Assembly (NCBI GenBank): GCA_026770705.1
Contig: JANJGN010000557.1
Coordinates: 62,001 to 126,000, forward strand
Direction: 5' to 3'
From: Isurus oxyrinchus
Taxonomy: Eukaryota
DNA: 64,000 nucleotides
The notes under the pieces were generated by a model. That model was not told the origin of the DNA and did not search any database. It was given only the letters and a program-made list of their open reading frames with translations. Both the position numbers and the translations under genes were made by a program. Positions 1 through 11,000 of the stretch are shown one piece after another (the first letter of the stretch is position 1; each line of letters begins with the position of its first letter).

Positions 1-753
1 TGTGAGAGAGAGAGAGAGCAGTAGAGTGCGATAGAGAGAGATTGTGAGTGTTAGAGAGAGAATGTGTGTGTGAGAGAGAGAGAGAAATAGAGCAGAAGAG
101 TGTGATAGAGAGAGATTGTGAGTGTTAGAGAGAGAATGTGTGTGTGTGAGAGAGAGAGAGAGAGCAGAGGAGTGTGATAGAGAGAGATTGTGAGTGTTAG
201 CGAGAGAATGTGTGCGTGTGAGAGAGAGAGATAGAGCAGAAGAGTGTGATAGAGAGAGATTGTGAGTGTTAGAGAGAGAATGTGTGTGTGTGAGAGAGAT
301 AGAGCAGAAGAGTGCGATAGAGAGAGATTGTGAGTGTTAGAGAGAGAATGTGTATTTGTGAGAGAGAGAGAGCAGAAGAGTGCGATAGAGAGAGATTGTG
401 TTTGTGAGAGAGAGAGAGAGCAGTAGAGTGCGATAGAGAGAGATTGTGAGTGTTAGAGAGAGAATGTGTGTGTGAGAGAGAGAGAGAAATAGAGCAGAAG
501 AGTGTGATAGAGAGAGATTGTGAGTGTTAGAGAGAGAATGTGTGTGTGTGAGAGAGAGAGAGAGAGCAGAGGAGTGTGATAGAGAGAGATTGTGAGTGTT
601 AGCGAGAGAATGTGTGCGTGTGAGAGAGAGAGATAGAGCAGAAGAGTGTGATAGAGAGAGATTGTGAGTGTTAGAGAGAGAATGTGTGTGTGTGAGAGAG
701 AGAGAGAGAGCAGAAGAGTGTGACAGAGAGAGATTGTGAGTGTTAGAGAGAGA

Positions 754-784
<31 letters not shown>

Positions 785-2020
785 CAGTAGAGTGCGATAG
801 AGAGAGATTGTGTTTGTGAGAGAGAGAGAGAGAGCAGTAGAGTGCGATAGAGAGAGATTGTGTTTGTTAGAGAGAGAATGTGTGTGTGTGAGAGAGAGAG
901 AGAGATAGAGCAGAAGAGTGTGATAGAGAGAGATTGTGAGTGTTAGAGAGAGAATGTGTGTGTGTGAGAGAGAGAGATAGAGCAGAAGAGTGTGATAGAG
1001 AGAGATTGTGAGTGTTAGAGAGAGAATGTGTGTGAGAGAGAGAGAGATAGAGCAGAAGAGTGTGATAGAGAGAGATTGTGAGTGTTAGAGAGAGAATGTG
1101 TGTGTGTGAGAGAGAGAGATAGAGCAGAAGAGTGCGATAGAGAGAGATTGTGAGTGTTAGAGAGAGAATGTGTGTGTGTGAGAGAGAGAGATAGAGCAGA
1201 AGAGTGTGATAGAGAGAGATTGTGAGTATTAGAAAGAGAATGTGTGTGTGTGAGAGAGAGAGAGAGCAGAAGAGTGCGATAGAGAGAGATTGTGTTTGTT
1301 AGAGAGAGAATGTGTGTGTGTGTGAGAGAGAGAGATAGAGCAGAAGAGTGCGATAGAGAGAGATTGTGAGTGTTAGAGAGAGAATGTGTGTGTGTGAGAG
1401 AGAGAGATAGAGCACAGGAGTGTGATAGAGAGAGATTGTGAGTGTTAGAGAGAGAATGTGTGTGTGTGTGAGAGAGAGAGAGAGCAGAAGAGTGTGATAG
1501 AGAGAGATTGTGAGTGTTAGAGAGAGAATGTGTGTGTGTGAGAGAGAGACATAGAGCAGAGGAGTGTGATAGAGAGAGATTGTGAGTGTTAGAGAGAGAA
1601 TGTGTGTGTGTGTGAGAGAGAGAGAGATAGAGCAGAAGAGTGCGATATAGAGAGATTGTGAGTGTTAGAGAGAGAATGTGTGTGTGTGAGAGAGAGAGAT
1701 AGAGCAGAAGAGTGCGATAGAGAGAGATTGTGAGTGTTAGAGAGAGAATGTGAGTGTGAGAGAGAGAGAGAGAGAGCAGAAGAGTGCGATAGATAGAGAT
1801 TGTGAGTGTTGGAGAGAGAATGTGTGTGAGAGAGAGAGAGAGACAGAGCAGAAGAGTGTGATCGAGAGAGATAGTGAGTGTTAGAGAGAGAATGTGTGAG
1901 TGTGAGAGAGAGAGAGATAGAGCAGAAGAGTGTGATAGAGAGAGATTGTGAGTGTTAGAGAGAGAATGTGTGTGTGAGAGAGAGATAGAGCAGAAGAGTG
2001 CGATAGATAGAGATTGTGAG
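1..2020. repeat. GA/GT-rich compound minisatellite (~60-bp unit with variable (GA)n/(GT)n)
   Basis: Unit AGAGCAGAAGAGTGTGATAGAGAGAGATTGTGAGTGTTAGAGAGAGAATGTGTG.. is repeated about 30 times. Confidence 0.95.
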
Positions 2021-2284
2021 GACTAAACTCACTGAGAGAAAAAGCTGGACACCCAGCACAGGGAGTGAGGGAACAATGAATTTTTGCCGTGTTTGGTGAA
2101 TCGGTTTGCGATGTCCCTTCTCAATCTCTCCTTCCTTGTCTTGACATTAGTTTATTCCCTGGGGCTGTTTAACTCACTGAAAGGTGCCATTTAACCACAA
2201 GTTGTTGTTTGAGGAAGAAACGCTGGGGACAATTTATGAAAAAGTCTCTGTCTTTATCATTTCCATTTAGATGAGGAACTGAAG

Positions 2285-3451
2285 ATGGGAGAGGTCGGTC
2301 TGATATTGATCTTCATCAGCTTGCTGCAAGGTACAAATTCATTACTGATCAGAACTCAGGGAATTGGATTCTTTCCTGGAATGAGGAAGTGAACATTTAA
2401 TTTTAGAGAACAGGGTTAGTGATCACACAGAGAGTGAGCGAATAGCGAGTCAGAGAATTTAGCAAAAGCAAAAGCCTCATACGGACTCGAAACAACAACT
2501 CTGTTTCTCTCTCCACAGATGCTGTCAGACCTGCTGAGTTTTTCCAGCATTTTCTGTTTGTGCATCAGAGAGCTTGTTTCAATAGGAATGACAGTGCATT
2601 TATATAGCCCTTTAATGCAGTAAAACATCCTTATTGCTTCACAGGATTCCCCCACAAGGGGTAACATCCCCTCAGCATCCACCCTGTCAAACCCCCCACC
2701 ACCTCAGAATCTTATATGTTTCAATAAGATCACCTCTCATTCTTCTAAACTCCAATGGATACAGGGCCCAACCTGCTCAACATTTCCTCATAAGACAAAC
2801 CCCCTTCATCCCAGGAATCAGCCCAGTGATCCTCCTCTGAACTGCCTCCAATGCAGAGTCTATCCCTCCCTAAGTAAGGAGACCAGAACTGTACACACTG
2901 CTCCTGATACAATCTCACCAACGCCCTGTGCAGCTGTTGCAAGACTTCCCTCCTTTTATACTCCATCCCTTTGCAATAAAGGCCAACATTCCACTTGCCT
3001 TCCTCATTCTGTGCTGTTCCTGAATGCTGACTTTCTGTGATTCATGTACAAGGACACCCAGATCCCTCTGTACCGCATTCTGCTGCCTCTCTCCATTGAA
3101 GTAATATTCTGCTTTTTGATGTTCAGTCCCCTCCCTCGTTGCCTTTCAGGAGTGACGTCAGAGGGATGGTCTATGAAGGCGCTGCCTCGGAGGGCCATCA
3201 GCAGCTCTTGTGTGGTTATTCCGTGTAGCTTTGACTTTCCTTCCCACTCTTACACAGCACTGCACGGAGCTTGGTATAAATATTGGTATAGATGGAAATA
3301 TACCATCACATACACCAAAGATCCCAATTATGGGGTGGCCACATTCGTGGGACGTGCTAAAATAATTGGGAACTTGGAAGGGAAGAATTGTTTGGTGAGG
3401 ATTGACAGTCTCAGAGCTGAAGACAGTGACGTGTATTACACCCAATTCTAA
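2285..3451 (+). pseudogene. Siglec-type (MAG/CD22-like) gene remnant: leader exon plus truncated V-set exon
   Basis: Leader 2285-2330 MGEVGLILIFISLLQ-G|gtac. V exon from ttcag|3150 reads GVTSEGWSMKALPRRAISSSCVVIPCSFDFP..GAWY..FVGRAKIIGNLEGKNCLVRIDSLRAEDSDVYY, then TQF*. It has the Siglec Cys pattern but ends in strand F, where retroelement sequence begins. Confidence 0.8.
2373..2394 (+). promoter_or_regulatory. Adjacent STAT-type (TTCCTGGAA) and PU.1/ETS (GAGGAAGTGAA) motifs in first intron
   Basis: Sequence ctttcctggaatgaggaagtgaac; motif match only. Confidence 0.35.
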
Positions 3452-3838
3452 ATCTTTTCACCAATTAGTCGTCCTCATGAAGATGTGTTTTCAGCTGAAG
3501 CCGTGGGTAATAATGCAGAGGTTTAAGTTTAACTCCAGAGTAAGGGCCCCGGGTGAGTCCATCGCAACCTATACAGTGAAGTGGAAGCAGGTGACTGAGC
3601 ACTGGGACCTCGGAGACACACTCAATGACATGTTGCGGGGCCGATTGGTTTGTGTCGTTCACCCCAACGCCATTCAGAGCCGTTTACTTGCAGAAGACGA
3701 CATCGATTTGAAGCGCACCATGGAAATAGCGCCAGGCATGGAAAGTGCTGGGAGAGACTGGCGGGATTTACAGGATGTACAACATGGCACCAGTCCTCAG
3801 CTGGGACAGGAAACAACCACCGGGCGTGAGGCTCAAAC

Positions 3839-3873
<35 letters not shown>

Positions 3874-4520
3874 CCGCCAAGCGAGAGACAGTCTCTGCCG
3901 CTCCAGAAACTAAAAGGTTTCGTGGGAGTATTTCAGCAGCAACTCCGAAGTTGGTCTGTTCTCGATGTGGGGGGGAGTGAGCTCGTACCGGACACCTGCA
4001 GGTTCAAGGGAGCAGAATGCCATCACTGCCACAAGAAAGGGGCGGGTAATAAAGCAATGCAGGGTGAAATCGAGACAGCCCATCAGGCAGTGCACCAACA
4101 TGATGGAAGTGAATAATATCACAGAGCCTGAAGCTGCTGATACCGATGTCTATTCCCTGTCCAATGTCACAGTGGTAAAAACTGAACCTATAACCATCAC
4201 AACCCAAGTGAATGGGCAGCCACTAGTAATGGGGCAGATACGGGAGCCTCAGACACAGTGGTGGAAGAGCTCACATTTAAACAGCTAAATGAAGGAACCC
4301 AGACGCTGAATTTAGAGCCAACAATGGATCAGCTGAAGACACACACTGGAGAATCCATACAGGGAAAGGACCTCATCCCAGTACCTGTGTCCTACAGGCA
4401 GCAGACAGCCCAGCTTCCAGTGATCATAGCGACAGGTGAGGGCCCTAGTCTTCTGGGCCGAGACTGGTTCCAGAAAACCAAGCTCAGCTGCTCTGAAATG
4501 TTTCACTGGAGGAGTTGCTG
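3440..4520 (+). mobile_element. Degenerate Ty3/Gypsy LTR-retrotransposon gag-protease remnant
   Basis: Gag-like QRFKFNSRVRAPGESIATY..LNDMLRGRLVC. Zn-knuckle remnants CSRCGG..CRFKGAECHHCHKKG. Protease VNGQPLVM../DTGAS (frameshifted) and GEGPSLLGRDW. Confidence 0.85.
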
Positions 4521-4809
4521 AGTTGCTGGGGGAATATGAGAGTGTATCTCGGAATGAGTTTGAAGAATTGAAGCATCCTCACAGGCTGCAAGTGTCCCTC
4601 AGGTCAGAGTTGGTTCCACTGGAAAATCCTGAAGAGAAAGAAAGCGAATTCTGTGCCGCTCTGAGCAAACTGAAGAAACAGTTGGCAGGGAAGACCCAAC
4701 CATGTCCAATGTTCCAGGAGGAAGGCAAGAGATACAAGGAAGAGACTGAAGAGCTGAAGATTCAGCTGAATGAAACCAAAGAGGCAGTTACAGTATCACA
4801 ACAAGTTTA

Positions 4810-5230
4810 CAGTGCAGAAGGAGGCCATTCAGCCCGTCGAGCCTGTTACACAGGAACAGGAAGAGGCCCATTCAGCCCCCTCGAGACTGTTACACAGGAA
4901 CAGAAGGGGGCCATTCAGCCCATTGAGCCTGTTACACAGATACAGGAAGAGGCCATTCAGCCCCCTCAAGACTGTTACACAGGAACAGGAGCAAGCCCAT
5001 TCAGCCACTGATGTCTGTTACACAGGAACGGAAGGAGGCCCATTTAGCTCCTCAAGCCTGTTACACAGGAACTGGAGGAGGCCCATTCAGCCCCCTCGAG
5101 CCTGTTACACAGGAACAGGAGGAGGCCCATTCAGCCCCATTGAGCCTGTTACACAGAAAAAGGACGAGGCCCATTCAGCCACTGATGCCCGTTACACAGG
5201 AACAGGAGGAGGCCATTCTGCCCCTTGTAG
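4810..5230. repeat. ~43-bp tandem repeat (GAGGCCCATTCAGCCCCCTCGAGCCTGTTACACAGGAACAGGA)
   Basis: About 10 units. The same family occurs inverted at ~47340-47750 and ~48380-48775. Confidence 0.85.
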
Positions 5231-6819
5231 GGTGTGGTGGTGTGTGTCAGCTTCACCTGCGGCTTCTGAGCCGTCTGAATCGCTCCCACTCCCTGGGTTC
5301 TAGACCTTGGACTTATTCGGGGCTTGTCACAAAGTGCAGCAGACAACTGGTTTTGGGCCTTCATGGGCCCAGCCTCCTGTCTGCAGGGTTTTCCACTTAA
5401 CTCAGCAGTTTAAAGGTGCAAAAGTGATATCCTTGTTGATGATATGGAAAATGTGGGAATTTTGAGAACCCTTCAAGAGATAGGGAGGGTTACAGGGGCT
5501 GGAGGTGGTTACAGGTATAGGGAGGGGTGTAGGGGTTGAAGGTGGTTACAGAGATGGGGAGGGTTGTGGGGGTTGGAGGTGGTTACAGATATAGGGAGGG
5601 GTGTAGGGGTTGAAGGTGGTTACAGAGATGGGGAGGATTGTAGAGGCAGGTGGAGGCTGCCTTAGGGAGGGCTGTAGGGGCTGGAGGAAAGGGAGAGAGA
5701 GAGGAGGTTACAGATATAGGGAGGGAGACAGTCAGAGAGAGAGCCTCCAGGAGATAGAGAGCGATAGAGAGATTGAGAGACAGACAGCGACTGAGAGAGG
5801 GAGAAGAGAGAAGGAGAGTGAGAGAGAGAGAGAACAAGTGTGAAAGATGGTGGAAGGGAAGAGTGGGGAGGTGTTGGCCTGATGGTATTTTCACTGGACC
5901 AGTAATCCAGAGACCCAGCGTAATGGTCCTGGGACCCTGGTTAGAATCTCACCACAGCAGTTGGTGGAATTTCAATTCAATAAAAACCTGGAATTAAAAG
6001 TCCGATGATGACCAGGAAACCATTGCTGATTCTTGTATTTGGGTCACAAATGCCCTTTAGGGAGGGAAATCTGCTGTCCTTACCTGGTCTGGCCTACATG
6101 TGACTCCAGACCCACAGCAATGTGGTTCACTTTTAAAAAGTGGCCTCTGAACAAGGGCAATTAGGGTTGGGCAATAAATGCTGGCCTAGGCAGTGATGTC
6201 CACATCACATGAAAGAATGAAATAAAAGGACAGAGAGGGACAGACAGAGTCGAGAGACACCCAGAATGAAAAAAACACAGTAAACACTGGAAAATAAACA
6301 TTCTGGTCTGATCTGGTCTTGTATACCTTCAAATGGAACACCAGTAAAACAGGGAAATAAGAGTACTGGGCCAAACTGTTAGAGAGGGTCACATTTAGAG
6401 AGAGAGAGAGAGAGAGAAAGAGGGAGACACTGAAAGAGATAAGGACAAGGAAAGAAAGAGTGAGAGAGAGAGACAGACAGAGACACACAAAGAAGTAGAA
6501 AGAAAGTGATAGAGATGAAGCAGGAGAGAATGAGGAGAAAGATAGATAGATAGAGACAGAGGATGGTAGAGAAAGAGAACGAGAGGAAAAGAGACAAAGG
6601 CAGAATGTGATGGAACACTGAATCCTTGTCTATGCGTTTTGAAATCCAGCCCAGAACTATCATTGGAAGATTCAGCGAGTGTCCAGTACAGGGGACCCAG
6701 CCCAACCTTCTCATCCTGACCTTCCCAGTGGGGCTGAAGAGGGCAGAGAGGAAACCTTTCTCTGTTATTCTGTTGTCGAATAAACACAACAATTCTGGAA
6801 CTCTGCCCTTTCTATCTCA

Positions 6820-7410
6820 CAGATTAGAATATAAGGGGGCAGAGGTCATGCTTCAGTCTACATAAAGCCCTGGCTAGACCACACCTGGAGTCACTGTGAG
6901 ACATTCTGGGCCCCACACCTTAGGAAGGATATATTGACCTCGGAGGGAGAGCAGTGTCGATTTACCAGAATGAGACCGGGACTCCAAGGGTTAAATCACA
7001 AGGAGAGATTAAACACAAACTCGGCTTGTATTCCCTGGAAGTTAGAATGTTAAGCAGGAGATTTGATGAAAGTTCGCATGATAATAAGGGGAACAGATCG
7101 GGGGCGATAAAGAGAAACCATTTCCCCTGGTTGGGGGGAGTCTGGGACTCGGGGTCAGAGCCTAAAAAGGAATTAAATTAGGAAGTACAAAGGGTGGGAG
7201 AAATTTGGAACTCTCTTCCCCAAACAGGAACTGATGCACGATCAAGTTGTTCATTTTAAACCTGTGAGACTGATAGATTTTTGTTATCCAAAGGTATTAA
7301 AGGAGATGGGACAAAGGCATATGGGGCTAGTTTGCAGATCAGCCATGAACTCTTTGAACGGTGGAGCAGGCTCGAGGGGCCAAATGGCCTCCTCCTACCC
7401 TTATGTAATA
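6820..7410 (+). mobile_element. CR1-like LINE 3' fragment
   Basis: Decayed RT C-terminus (ALARPHLE..FWAPHLRKD; LGLYSLE) and 3' end GGCTCGAGGGGCCAAATGGCCTCCTCC. Confidence 0.7.
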
Positions 7411-7797
7411 GAAACTTACCTGTCAGAAGCCAGTTTATGTTGATGTGAGTCTGAGTCGATGACTGAACCCAGTTGGTAACTTGTTCCATACAAAGCAAGA
7501 ACGTTCATGCCCTTCAATGTTCCTGGATAAACCATTAACAAAGCTGGTGACAGACAATCTCCACATGGTAAACACTGACCGATCAACACATGACATGGCT
7601 GTTAACCCCTAAACCTCAGCGTAAATCAGCTCCCCCTCGAGGTCCCTTGTCCGAAATAAAAGCAACGCACACAATTTGTAAAATAGTAAGTGTCTGGCAG
7701 GAAGGAGGAGCAATGAGAGGAGTAAGGGGTTAGGGGGCGTGCGCTTCACCTGATTTGCCGACATAAGAACCAGCCCCTATGTTTTTGCTATGTTGTG

Positions 7798-8010
7798 TTG
7801 CATCAATATGAACACATATTTGCACAAGGTGAAGGGCGTTGCGGAGGGACTGATAGTTCTCGGCGCCAGACAGTCAATGTCCCAGTGACCTTACTGCTGG
7901 TCCCAGGCCAGTGGGACAGGGAACATCGACACTGCAATATCCAGAAATGGGTGTGATACCACACAGCAACCCGCCCCCGGCTGTCCCCTTCAAGTGTTTC
8001 AGGTATAAGA
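7798..8010 (+). promoter_or_regulatory. Putative hepcidin promoter: C/EBP-type sites, BMP-responsive GGCGCC + SMAD CAGAC, GC box, TATA
   Basis: TTGCATCA ~7799, TTGCACAA ~7820, GGCGCC 7862-7867 followed by AGAC, CCGCCCCC ~7971, TATAAGA 8004-8010 (~70 bp before the ATG). GGCGCC is the known BMP-RE core of mammalian HAMP promoters. Confidence 0.6.
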
Positions 8011-8080
8011 GCAGGAAGCTCCTCTAGTTACAAACCAAAGCATCAAAGCAGAGCCAGAAGATCAGAAGAGACAGGCAGAG

Positions 8081-11000
8081 ATGGGAAGCTCCCAGATGAA
8101 ATGGCGACTTGTCTTGTTCACTCTGACTTTGCTGCTCTCCCTGCAGCTGAGTCACTTCTTCTCCTTGTCGAGGTTAAGCTAAGAGATGTCCCTCTGGGTG
8201 AGGTGTTTCTTGCACATGACTCTACGTCTACCACCCAGATAGACTGGTCTCTTCCGCAGTTTGATATTATTATGTTCGTGCCTTTAATATTGTCGCCCTC
8301 TATGAATTTAACATCATTTCCTTCTGTCATTTCCCCTGAAATTCTCATTCTTGTTTTCAATCCCTCCTCAGCCACTCCCTATCTCTGTAACCTCCTCCAG
8401 GCCTTACAACCCTCCCTATCTCTGTAACCTCCTCCAGCCCCTACAACCCTCCCTATCTCTGTAACTTCCTCCAGCCCCTACAACCCTCCCTATCTCTGTA
8501 ACCTCCTCCAGCCCCTACTACCCTCCCTATCTCTGTAACTTCCTCCAGCCCCTACAACACTCCCTATCTCTGTAACCTCCTCCAGCCCGTACAACCCTCC
8601 CTATCTCTGTAACCTCCTCCAGCCCCTACAACCCTCCCTATCTCTGTAACCTCCTCCAGCCCCTACAACCCTCCCTATCTCTGTAACATCCTCCAGCCCC
8701 TACAACAATCCCTATCTCTGTAACATCCTACAGTCTCTACAACCCTCCCTATCTCTGTAACCTCCTCCAGTCCCTATAACCCTCCCTATCTCTGTAACCT
8801 CCTCCAGACCCGACAACCCTCCCTATCTATGTAACCTCCTACAGTCCCCACAACACTCCCTATCTCTGTAACCTCCCCCAGGCCCCACAACCCTCACGAT
8901 CACTGTAACCTCCTCCAGACCCTACAACCCTCCCTATCTCTGTAACCTGCTCCAGACCCTACAACCCTCCCTATCTCTGTAACCTGCTCCAGACCCTACA
9001 ACCCTCCCTATCTCTGTAACCTGCTCCAGACCCTACAACCCTCCCTATCTCTGTAAAATCCTCCAGGCCCCACAACCCTCACAATCACTGTAACCTCCTC
9101 CAGCCCCTACAATCCTCCTGAACTCTATAACCTCCTCTCCACACTATAACTCTCCCTATCTCTGTAACCTACTGTGGCCCCTACAGCAGTGTCTATTTTG
9201 GTAACCTCCTCCAGCCTCTACAACCCTCCCTACATCTGTAACCTCCTCCAGCCCTCACAACCACCCCATCTCTGTAACCTCCTACAGCCCCTACACACCT
9301 CCCTACCTCTGTAACCTCCTCCAGCCCCCACAACTCCCCCATCTCTGTAACCTCCTACAGCCTCTACAACCCTCCCTATCTCTGTAACTTCCTACAGCCC
9401 TTACAACCCTCCCTATCTCTGTAACCTCCTACAGCCTCTACAGCCCTCCCTATTTCTGTAACCTCCTCCAGCCCCTACAACCCTCCCTATCTCTGTAACC
9501 TCCTCCAGCCCCTACAACCCTCCCTATTTCTGTAACCTCCTCCAGCCCCTACAACCCTCCCTATCTCTGTAACCTCCTCCAGCCCCTACAACTTTCCCTA
9601 TCTCTGTAACCTCCTACAGCCTCTACAACACTCCCTATCTCTGTAACTTCCTACAGCCCTTACAACCCTCCCTTTCTCTGTAACCTCCTACAGCCTCTAC
9701 AGCCCTCCCTATCTCTGTAACCTCCTCCAACCCCCACAACCCTACCTAAATCACTGGTCTGAGTCTCACTCCAGGGTATTCAGTCCCATAATGTAGATCA
9801 ACGCTCCGTGCTGAGGGAGTGCTGCACTCTCAGAGGGTCAGTAGTGTGGAAGTGTTGCACTATTGGAGGGACAGCACTGAGGGAGTGCTATACTGTCGGA
9901 GGTCAGTACTGAGGGAGTGCTGCTGTGTCGAAGGGTTAGTACTGAAATAGAGCTGCACTGACGGAGGGACAGTACTGAGGGAGCGCAGCACTATCGAAGG
10001 GTTAGTACTGAGGGAGTGCTGCAGTGTCAAAGGGTTAGTACTGAGGGAGCACAACAATGTTGAATGAGACATTAAACTGAGTCCCCCGTCTGCCCTCTCG
10101 GGCGGGTGTGAAAGATCCCACAGCCACTATTTGGAGGAAGAGCAGGGGGTGTTCTCCCCGGTGTCCTGGGACCAATATTTATCCCTCACCCAACATCACC
10201 AAAAACAGATGATCTAGGCCATGATCACATTGCTATTTGTGGGATCTTGCTGTGCACAAATCAGCTGCCACATTTCCTACAGTGTGAGTGCACTTCAAAA
10301 ACATCCTTCAGTGGCTGTGAAATGCTTTGGGATGTGGTGAAAGGCGTTAGAGAAATGCAAGTCTGTCCTCCTCCCCCTCTCTCTCCTGTACCTCTCTCTC
10401 TCTCTCTCCCTCTCCCTCAATCCTCCTCTCACTTTCTCCCTGATAAATTCTTTCTTTTTGCAGGTTGACACTGCTTTAGGTTCTTCGACGATTGAGAAAT
10501 CTGTGGATTCCCCGGACACGGTAGGTGGAAATTCATTCCTTATTTTAAGGTTTCTCCCTGCTCGTTTCTTCCACAGAAAGTTTTCTGATTTCAAGCTGAT
10601 TTCAGTGGCAGTCTGTCTCGGTTATACTCAGGAGGCATGTTTGAAATTGAGCCCCCCCCCCCGCTTATTTTGCAAAGCTGGGAAGAGGCAATTCCAAGGA
10701 AGTGAACATATCCCCACAGGAATTTTAAATGTAACCCACGCCGGGAATAGTGAGAGGGAGACTGATCCAGCCTGGGAGTGGGTTAAAGAGAGGCTGGGAG
10801 TCGAGAGTCGGAGAGAGGGATGGAATGGGGGAGGGAGGGATTGGAAGAGAGAGACAGAGAGTGGGACGGGGAGGGGTGAAAGGGAAAGAACATAGGTGGG
10901 AGAGAGTGACAGAGGGAGAAATTAAAGAAGAGATGCAGAGTGAGGGAAAGTGAAAAGGGAAGAGAGATTGTCCAAGAGAGAGAAATTAACAGGGAAGGGA

